DNA of 64,000 nucleotides, taken from NCBI RefSeq assembly GCF_006345805.1, contig NC_042998.1, forward strand, positions 171,492,001-171,556,000, given 5' to 3'. Every line of letters begins with the position of its first letter. Within the stretch, counting starts at the first letter, position 1. The position numbers were made by a program, and so were the translations under genes. Source of the stretch: Octopus sinensis (lineage: Eukaryota). Below, one piece after another: positions 26,340-64,000 of this stretch. Under the pieces are notes generated by a model, which worked only from the letters and a program-made list of their open reading frames with translations, did no database searches and was not told the origin of the DNA.

Positions 26340-26580
26340 GAGAGGGGAGAGGGAGAGGGGTGTTTTGGGAATAGTTCTATAGTTGAAGAAAAATAAAAGA
26401 AAGACGAATAGAGAGAAAGAGAGGACGGAGGAAAAAGAAAGAAAGAGAAAGAGAGAGAGAGAGGGGGAGGGAGAGGAGGTGTTTTGGGAATAGTTCTATA
26501 GTTGAAGAAAAATAAATATAATACAAGACAAATAGAGAGAAAGAGAGGACGGAGGGAAAGAAAGAGAGAGAAAGAGAGAG
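26340..26580. repeat. Purine-rich ~119-bp tandem duplication
   Basis: GGTGTTTTGGGAATAGTTCTATAGTTGAAGAAAAATAAA at 26359 and 26478. Confidence 0.8.
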
Positions 26581-26945
26581 AGAGAGAGAGAGTGAGGCGA
26601 AAAGGTATAAATATCAATTTGGAGAATATTTAAATGAAAATTCAAAGAAAAGAAATGAAGCAAACAATTTATTAGTTCTGTCTAAATACGTTTTTCTTTC
26701 TTAAATTCAGATATTTCCTGGATTCTTATCTTTCTCTTTCACACACACATACATACACTCGTGCGCACGCGTACACATACACAACACACAAAGAGCATCT
26801 CTCCCTCCCTGTTATTTGCTTTGTTGAATGTACGTTTATATTGAACTGTTAAAATTGTTGATTCATTGTTAATTTGTTGCTGTTTTTCGAAACACACAGC
26901 TTGTTCAGCAAGCTTGTGTTTTTTTATTGTTTTCTCCCGTTTGGG

Positions 26946-28000
26946 ATGGAAACAGATGTGCCTAATATAGGCGAAGAAGGACGAACAGGAAGCAACGCGT
27001 CGGTAGCAGGGAAACAGAATATGACTGTATCACAGTTAGATATGAGAGAAGTGGTTATTCCACACGATAAATTGTATGAATGTATGGAATGTGCAGGAAA
27101 GGAAGGGACGAAAGTAAAATTAATCCCTCCAGATGATTTAATCGCAAATGCCAAAAGAACAATAATCTACAAGACCCTATACCTAGCTGGAAAAAAGATC
27201 GAAATGGCTCCAGATGAGGCCATTGAGAAATGCTTAGACACCATTAGAAAGGACATTTCCTACTACTCCCGAGGTAGGAAATACGGTACAGTGGAGTTAA
27301 GATTTCCCTCCGTAGAGTTGGCAGTTAAGCACTCCACTGTACCAGTAAGAACTTGGCTGCTCCTGCCAACCTACCTAGGGAAAAGAGTCTCTAGCGTAAG
27401 GATTGGCAGGATTCCACCGGAATGAGACCCATTGATTGTGCAGGTAACCCGGACACAACAACTGAATTGATGGGATTACGGCCTGGAATTAATTGTCCAG
27501 GCCACCGAAGCAGATTTAAGCGAGGTCCCAGAAGTTATTGAGCTACCCGAGGAAAAGAAACTGTAACAGTAGATGCGGCCAGAAGGGGTACATCAAAAAG
27601 AAGTGCCCCCAAAACGAAAACGAACAGGAAAAAGCAGCGGAGATCATGTCTGAGCCTGAGAACACAACGAAAGCAGCGGAAGGAAACCAAGATGCAATTG
27701 AGATGAAACAAAGTTACAAGAAAGAGAGAAAGAAATAATTCATCACCAAAATGCACACAAAAAAGAAAAACAGTCATACACACCAAACAAAAATTATAGA
27801 CAACTACAGAAAATAACACACCCACACAGCACACACCACTGTTAACATACCTCTCCCCCCAAACAGCCCAGAATCTCCCATCAAGCAGACACCTACAGAC
27901 ACACAAACCCCGACAAAGCAAACTGCTTATTTAATGTCTTACAAAACTAGTAAAGCCATAGAGAAAACTACCAATAAATTTTAAAATATCACTTGGGTTA
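26946..28000 (+). mobile_element. Disrupted gag-like ORF1 of an L1/Tx1-type LINE
   Basis: METDVPN... ORF ends in a stop at 27425. A later frame has a zinc-knuckle remnant RCGQKGYIKKKCP (about 27570-27612). No ORF2 follows. Confidence 0.55.
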
Positions 28001-28208
28001 GACTTTCCAATATCCACCCACCTGAAACAAAGTGCATTGGGATAGATACACCAAGATTCTAAACATTACAAAAATACTACAAAACTGATGTACAACTAGT
28101 AGGAGAGAGGGTGAGGTTTGAAATCCTGCCCCCGGTGACAGCATATGAGGATTTAGGTCTTTATTTTGTAGATTAAGTAAAATTTATTTCGATAATATAA
28201 CAGATATA

Positions 28209-28438
28209 TTTCTTTACTACCCACAAGGGGCTAAACACAGTGGGGACAAACAAGGACAGACAAACGGGATTAAATCGATTATATCGACCCTAGCGCGTAA
28301 CTGGTACTTATTTAATCGACCCCGAAAGGATGAAAGGCAAAGTCGACCTCGGCGGAATTTGAACTCAGAAAGTAACGGCAGACGAAATACGGCTACGCAT
28401 TTCGCCCGGCGTGCTAACGTTTCCGCCAGCTCGCCGCC
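28209..28438 (-). mobile_element. tRNA-derived SINE, full length
   Basis: Near-identical to 16158-16388, including the diagnostic GAAATACGGCTACGCATTTCG and the tail. Confidence 0.85.
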
Positions 28439-29503
28439 CTAAATCGAGTCAGTATTGAATATTACATATGACTCTATAGTTACATATGATTTTTATACTG
28501 GCACATTTAGTGTTTTTTTTAAACTTTTTTTCTCAACCAGTTCCTTTCATAGGATTGTACAATACCTTCATGTCCGTTTGACATACCATTTTTTTCTGCT
28601 TGAAACCAAGCGTTCTTGTCTGTTCTTCAGTTTTTCTTCATTTCACATAATGACCATATTATTTCACATGTCGTTCCTATATTAGTGTATTTATAGTTTT
28701 TGTATATATATAATTTTAGTTTATTTATTTAAATGTAAAATGAAATGTTTGCCCACTTTCTTGAAAGATTTATTCTGCTCACGTGTCTCTTCGTGTGTTT
28801 TCGTTGTCAGATAATATTTCATTCTTGGTCTGACCTCATCTTTCCTGTGTCACCTGCCACAAAAGGATCGTAATAGTCTATGACATGTTGTACTTCATAT
28901 TCACAGCTTCGTTTACGTTCAATTAGTATTGCTGCTAGCTTTATATAATTGTCATCGTTTTTGTTGTTACAACCAATACTACTGAAGCAGCTGACGTTAC
29001 CGACAAGTTATTAGAAGACAGTGACTGATACAGAAGTTATTCGTGAACTTCTTCACTTTGCCATTTAGTGAAAGTGGAATCATGTTTGGCGCCAATAGGA
29101 AGGAGAAAAAAAAGCAGTGAGAGAAGAGGTAGAGAGAAGGTGGGGGGAAGAGACATTTAAGTAAATAATGAAATAGTAAAATGGTATGAAATGTTTATGA
29201 AGAAAATGTAAATGAACATAAAAATATAGCGTATACTCATATAAATGTGTGTATTCTGGTATTCAAATGTGCACAAGGTTGTGTATCTAGAACTACAGTT
29301 TAGTCGATAGTTTTACACTTCTCACTTCCAGCTACGAATTTCAAGTAAACCATTCGAATGAAGCATCACACGTTGAACTATGAAATAATTCTATTTAACT
29401 TGAAATTCTCTCATAGATGAAATTTGGAACTCTTGTGATTCATAATAAAAATGAATGACGTTTGTTTGGTGGGGAGTTGTTTGGAGTCAGATACAGTATA
29501 CAG

Positions 29504-32500
29504 TATGGTGGAGCGAAAAATGCAACTTTCGAAATTGGTAACCAAGAATCGATATTTTGTTGCGAATTAGGGTTAAAAGAAAGGTGTATAAAGAACTTAA
29601 CGGTGAAATATCTTTTTAGGTTCTACAACGTAATTGAAAATTTTAAAAGTCGCAATTTATGGTCGAATTTTATGGATTATAAGTCGTAACGAAGACATAT
29701 TTCTTCATAGCAGAATGCAAAACAGTAAATATAGTATCCTTAAGAGGTTTCAATAAAATTGACCAATATGTTGAGGTTCCGCATTGACTATAAAGAGAAC
29801 GGGAGTCTGAACTTCTCTCCAATGCCGCTGCAACGGTCGTTGCGTGTGGGCGTACGTCGTATGTGTGTGAAGTTTTCTGCTTTGTACCTTGACTTTAGGC
29901 CATTGTATTAAGATTAATGATCGTGTTAAATTTAGTGTTGTTTACATTTAGTGATGATCCACAAGCCAATAACGCGTCATGATACTGAATGCCCAATATT
30001 TGGTTCTCCATGTGATCTTAGCGAGCATGTTTTGCCAACTTACAAGGACGTACTAAAATATGTTTTATTTGAAGGAGAAAAAGAAAAGAATGTAGTTAAG
30101 AAAGATCCTTCAATTAAACAAATTGTCAAGATTGTAGCAGAAAAGATAATTCTTCTTTGGCAAAAGGCATCCATCCCTTGTATTACGACTGAGTCAGTTA
30201 AACCGAAAATCTTAAGCATTTATCTAAAGTACCAAGCATTGTTAAATTCTGTGAAAACTAGAAAAAAATGTGCCATCGTTTCAAAGTGCAATATGTTTAA
30301 AAACAATGCAACAAGAGATTTTATTGACATTGAAAGGTGTTTGAGGGAGGTCAGGGGGGTCACCACGTTTGTGGTGGGAAGGGGAAGATGTGGCGCGGTG
30401 GAGGTGCGAATTGCGAGCGAGGGGAGGTGATGGAGCGCTCCACTGATGCCATGGGGACGAAGGAGTGGGTGCTCCTACCAATGTGCTGTGACGGGCGGAT
30501 TGTTGGAGTGGGGTGGTTGTGGGGGTGCCACCGGGGTTGGATGAAGCATGGTTGGTTGCTGCAGTGATGTGCGGCATGGAGGAGGGGGCGAGGGTCCTGA
30601 GAGTTGCGGGAACGAGAAAGGTGAACTAGTGGGGGTGCGGAATCGAGATGGCGGTCCGGACGACTGTGAGTGGCATGAGTGGGATTCCGGAAGAGGTAGT
30701 GTTGCCCGAGTATGTGAGATTGAAGGCAGTGGTGGTGTAGCAGGATCCACATGGGGGCGGGGTGCCCCAGAGGGAGGAGAAGGAGCAGCGGGTGGAACGG
30801 GCTGAGGAGCGGGAGAGAGAGACAGCAGGAGTGGAGGTGGAGTTTGAAGTGGTGAAGGAGCGAGGGGGTAAGGAGTGGGACCTCTGCCGAAGAGTCGGAA
30901 GAAGGAGGAGGCAGAGGAAGAGGTGGAGAGGGAGGTCGTGAAGGTGGATGAGGGGAAGGTCGTTGAAATGGCGGTCGAAAGGGAGGTGGTGGGGAGGTTG
31001 GAAGGCGGGTTGTAGAGGAGGGGAGATGGAAGCAGGTATGCTGGATAACCTTTTCGGACGGCAAGGGGAGGAAGCAGCGACACTGGCCGGAGTGCGGGAA
31101 GTGGCGCCTAGAGTGGCACATGACAAACAAGCAAGAAGACAAAGAAAATATAGCTGGAATTTCGTGACATATGCTAAAAGCATATATACCGAAAGAGCGA
31201 TAACCAAGCTTAAATCCGTTATAAGGGTTAAGTTGACCAAGGAGATATACGGTGAAAACGTAAAAGCTTTTCTAATCGACAAAGAAAAATATAAAAAGTT
31301 GAAGGAAAAGTGTCAAATTGAGCAGCCGGGATTCGTGGTGGAGTTCGATGAACTGCCGCCAGTAGTAGAACTAAGTGAACTAGATTCTTACATCAGATAT
31401 TAAAAAAAAAGAGAGTAAAATGGTTTAAAAAAGAAAGAAAAAAGAGTAAACAAAATGATGCTTATAGTGAAAAAATAAGGAAAAAGAAAAAGATTACAAA
31501 CTGAAAGTAAGAACGTTCAAATGGTACTTCATGTGAGTGGGGTGCATGCAGCCATTTCATCACCATTGATTTCATTGTACACTTTTCCATTTTCTATTCG
31601 TTTTGTTTTTTGTCCCCACTGTGGTGTTCGGCGATGTACGCCGTTTGGACCAGTCACGTAAGACGACGAAATATATGGTCATAATGAAGAAGAGCCTGAG
31701 TATCGCTATCTTGGGCACTTTACTGTTAAAACGGGTTCTGCAAAAGCCATTTCCGATGGTTTGTTGAATTATTTGGAAACCAATGGTATAGTAGCCAATC
31801 ACATGATAGCTGTAGGTTGCGAAGGTACTGCTGTCAATACAGGACCAAAAGGAGGCACCATTAGACTTTTGGCAGATAAATTTAAGAAACTATTGCATTG
31901 GTTTGTGTCTCAGTTCTACGCAAAAGAGCTTCCCTTACGCCATCTTATTAACGATCTCGACGGAAAAACTACCAGGCCTCGTGGATTTCTTGAGCCGATT
32001 GGTAAGAGAATGGAATGATGTGAAACAACTAAGTGTTGTGAAATTTAATCAGATTCTAACGGTCTTACCGTCAGTAGATAGAAACGATCTCAGCATTGAT
32101 CAAAAATACCTTCTCAATATCCATTAGTCTTCAACGGCATTTGACGCAAATGGAAAAAATTACCGTGCCACACCCAAGCTTTGGAGAGATGTGTAAAATT
32201 CGTGATAGAAGCATCATCTAATGTTTGTGGTGAGAGCAGTCGAGACGGTTTCATTAGGAGTCGAATCGAATCAAGAGAAAAGATTCAGGTGTTCGAGATA
32301 AAAAAAAAAATTGAATGGTAAATTGAAATTGAATGGTAATATAGCAATAATCAGAGTTGTTTAGTTTTAGCTATTTTGAACAATAATTGAACAAACAATT
32401 AGCATTATGTCGTTTCAGAAATTTCCAAAACAACAAATCTTTGTGTGCTTCATTCTTTATTCGAGAGTGAGATGGTAATTCTTGTCTACGAAAAAAATTA

Positions 32501-32972
32501 ATTGGTTTTATTGCTGGCACTACAACGATTCGCATTATTTAGTTACATTGAATTATTTCGAATAAGTAGGAAATGTTAATTATTTTCCTCACCAAAATGT
32601 GTCACGAATTAAAAATTAGTTTTCACCAATTTTATTTTAATGTGTATGTAATCTAAACCTCATGTGGCACATATATTCGGTGACCTAGTATTAAAAATAA
32701 TAAAGGAAGCAAAGTCGAAAAGTCAATTTATTTCAAATCATTTCGAAATTTCAAATGCGTTGCGGAGCCTACAGACATAAATTTGAGAGCTTGAGATTTG
32801 AACATTCTTATTTGTAAAAGATTTCGCAAAAGAAAATCGATTTGTAATAATGAATGTAAAAAATAAAATAGGGAACGGCAAACGTCTTGTAAATTGATTT
32901 TTCGCGCATTATTCAAAATTAAAAACTTATTTTGAAAACCTATGTAAAAAATGCTTTTTTAGCTCCACCCTT
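29504..32972 (+). mobile_element. Degenerate hAT-superfamily-like (hATm-like) DNA transposon with a nested insertion
   Basis: Terminal inverted match TATGGTGGAGCGAAAAATGC / GCTTTTTTAGCTCCACCCTT. Transposase remnants LPTYKDVLKY..LWQKASIPC (29951-30330) and GCEGTAVNTG..ELPLRHL..DGKTT.PRGF.EPIG (31761-32018). No TSD found. Confidence 0.65.
30330..31410 (-). mobile_element. Probable 5' (N-terminal) fragment of a Penelope-like element inserted in the hAT-like transposon
   Basis: Abrupt GC-rich block that interrupts the transposase frame, with the same C-rich minus-strand composition as the element at 7310-9461. No RT motif is present, so the family is inferred. Confidence 0.45.
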
Positions 32973-33738
32973 GTTGCTCAATGCGATTACAGAAACTATA
33001 TTTATTCACAGTTGAGATTGCAATCAAGGTGATGCATAGTTCATTGTTACTTCTACACATACTGCGCGCACACACACGCCTATTCTCTTCTGCCATGTCG
33101 AAGAACAGCTATCAGCATACTGAACCCAGCCCATGTATTCTTCATATTGAGACCATTGTACTTAGTGACTTCTTTACTAGTTGATTCAAGCTATAATGCA
33201 ATTTAAAGTATGCACTGATTAATAGCGTTGGGAAATGGTTAAAGGCTGCTTTATTTCTGTATAAATCAGTTTCTGTATAGCAGCAACAGTCTTGATCTGG
33301 TCCATAGTATTGAAAAGTCACGTACAGGGATATCAGTCCAAACCATCAGTTTGTTGTAGCTTACTGTGTCATTTGTGTCTTCCACTAACTGTAACAAGTT
33401 ATGTTCTTAGCTGAGTGTCCAAAGCCAACGTACTGTAACCACATGCACAATGTGGTTCTCTTCTTTGTATTGATAAGTTAACAGAAATTTGTTCAAAATA
33501 TTTCACGGAGATCTCGATTACTGTTAACTACCAGCACACAAAAAAAAACAAGGTCCTTCTGTATCATGTAGTATCACATTCGTAACTTGAGTGGAAGTAT
33601 GCTTTATAGCAATATACATTTTGCTTCTCTATTGTACCGAATATAATATAAGAACCATTTAGAAAACAATGTATGCTCATTGAATATCCAACGTATCCTA
33701 AATTCATCTTTATTCCTTTAAAAGACGAATATTTAACA

Positions 33739-34140
33739 CCAATTGCTAATATTGATGTTGCAGGCCTTCATGTCCCTGCAACATCAATATTAGCAATTGG
33801 GAAGCGGTTGCCAGCAACCGTGGAGATTGGCGACGTACCATAAAAGAGGGAACACAAAGGAGTGACAGAGAGAGAGAGAGAGAGAGAGAGGGAGGGAGAG
33901 AGAGAGAGAGGAGAAATAGAAAGACAAGAAAAGACGTCAACAAGAAACTATGACATTACAACCAGCCAGGAACAGTATTCGCTACATTTGCGGCACTTGC
34001 CAGAGGGAGTGTTTCTCCAGGATAGGACTACACAGCCACAGCAGGAAATGTATTAGGACGTGAAATGTAAAAGCCGGACTAGATTATTTTATGCGCAACT
34101 CCATTGTCTCCCGAGACAAAAAGGATGCCAACAACAGTAA
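33739..34140 (+). mobile_element. 5'-truncated RTE-clade LINE 3' end with a 5' inversion
   Basis: CNINISNWEAVASNRGDWRRTIKEG followed by CGTCQRECFSRIGLHSHSRKC and the tail CCATTGTCTCCCGAGACAAAAGGATGCCAACAAC. The first 36 nt are inverted. Confidence 0.8.
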
Positions 34141-35238
34141 TTTAACACCACTATCCTATATTGGAAAGGTTAACCGCCAACAGTGATAAAAACTAAACTA
34201 AGGATGGCACCTCTAAGTAGCTGCTTGATCTGCTAGAAATGGCGACCGAATTTTCTTCAAATTACAACTTACTATTTTGGAAAGGAGAGAACACATCGGA
34301 TAACGTAGTCCTAGATACGTAATGACCGTGAGAAGGGCTGGATTGACCTGGCTGGAACGCCGTTGATCACATGTCGACTTGATCGGAGATGACCTTAAGC
34401 AAAACAACGGTGACGACAACAACGACGATGACAATAACAAAACCAACGATATCAACAGCAACTGAGGAAGATGTTTGATATGTAAAGCTCTTCAACGACC
34501 CCCTCTGAGAAAGGATTTTGTCTCAATACCAACCGGAGTTGCAGACCATTTCATACAGTTTGCCTATTTTACAAATACACAAGAAGTATATATAGTGACA
34601 GAAGATTCCGATATATTATTTTTGTGGATCTCGCCAGGAAAATTCACCGTTATTCACTTATCGTTTCACTGTCTTAGAGCATCTTAAGTGCCTCACTTAA
34701 TGAACTCTTTCACTGATTTTTTTTACTGATTTTTTCATAACATGTGCTATACAGCGCATTCACAGAGATTGATATCTAACATGCTCAGCATTCACCTTGC
34801 AACATTTATCTAATTTAATATACTGTTTCTCCACATTTACGGTTACAGAATCTTTTGTCATTTCTTATCTGCAGGCAAGCAGGTTAACCAAAGATTGTAA
34901 TTCTGGATCTTTTATATACAGATGATAATATATTTTGTAGAACACACGGCAATTATCATTGCAAGAGTTATTTTCCTCTGCATATAAGGTGTTTGGAATG
35001 AAGATAACACATTTACATGCTTGGAATGAAGATAGGTTTATATGATATCGCTTTTCTCTGTCAAATACTTGCTACCATTCTCGATATCTTTCTCCTGTGA
35101 ACAAATAACTTCATACAATTTAATCCTTCCGCGTGGCTGGAAAAGAAGGTCTGTTATAGTATATCCACAATGTTGTCACTACATAAAGACCAAGTTTTTG
35201 ATTAGTAATAAAAATTTAGACCTGATTTAATATCATAT

Positions 35239-35267
35239 TTTATTTTTGAAAGAAATCCTTTTTTATT
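35239..35267 (-). promoter_or_regulatory. Candidate polyadenylation signals (two AATAAA) of the chitinase-like gene
   Basis: TTTATT on the + strand at 35262-35267 and 35239-35244, 54-77 nt downstream of the stop. The context is AT-rich, so this is weak evidence. Confidence 0.3.
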
Positions 35268-35320
35268 TTAAATAACATGAAGAGTGAATGGAACACACAA
35301 CTGTAATATTCCTTGGGATC

Positions 35321-63782
<28,462 letters not shown>

Positions 63783-64000
63783 GGTTCCTGTAAAAAAAAA
63801 AAATGAACATAGACATATTTTAGCTTATTTCAATCAAATAATAAGCATCACAATACGATATCTACAACTAAATAATATTTCAAGTCGGCAAGCATTTGTA
63901 GTTCACAACGTATCAAGGGTCTGTAATTTTCCGAATAGAATACGATAAGAACCTCACCCCATCTTTTTCCTGTATCTACACGATATCTCAGCACTTCAAG

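Noticed and set aside
33240-33440. Candidate last exon with an LMVWT motif after a CAG acceptor on the minus strand
   Set aside because: The rest of the peptide does not match GH18, and the exon at 35452-35321 supplies the full canonical C-terminus.
32980-35300. Possible downstream CBM14 chitin-binding exon
   Set aside because: No six-cysteine pattern seen by eye on the minus strand, and an in-frame stop ends the preceding exon with no convincing earlier donor.

Overview
AT-rich, microsatellite-dense animal genomic DNA. The repeat landscape suggests an octopus or other coleoid cephalopod; this is inferred from repeat recognition and not database-checked. One host gene is supported: an 8-coding-exon, minus-strand, secreted GH18 chitinase-like protein (CDS 63782 to 35321, 387 aa). 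Its catalytic DxxDxDxE motif reads DGLDFHWM (D to H, E to M) and it has no C-terminal chitin-binding module, so it is a probable non-hydrolytic chi-lectin. The rest of the window is transposon-derived: a head-to-tail Helitron dimer and other Helitron remnants, Tc1 and mariner elements, a hAT-like element, Penelope-like retroelement pieces, LINE fragments (CR1-like, L1/Tx1-like, RTE, R4-like, CRE-like), tRNA-derived SINEs and MITEs. Four minimal type I hammerhead ribozyme motifs with palindromic stem III were read from the sequence, along with several perfect local inversions or hairpins. All calls were made by eye. TE family names and internal TE boundaries are approximate. Frequent 1-bp homopolymer indels between repeat copies suggest residual long-read assembly error.
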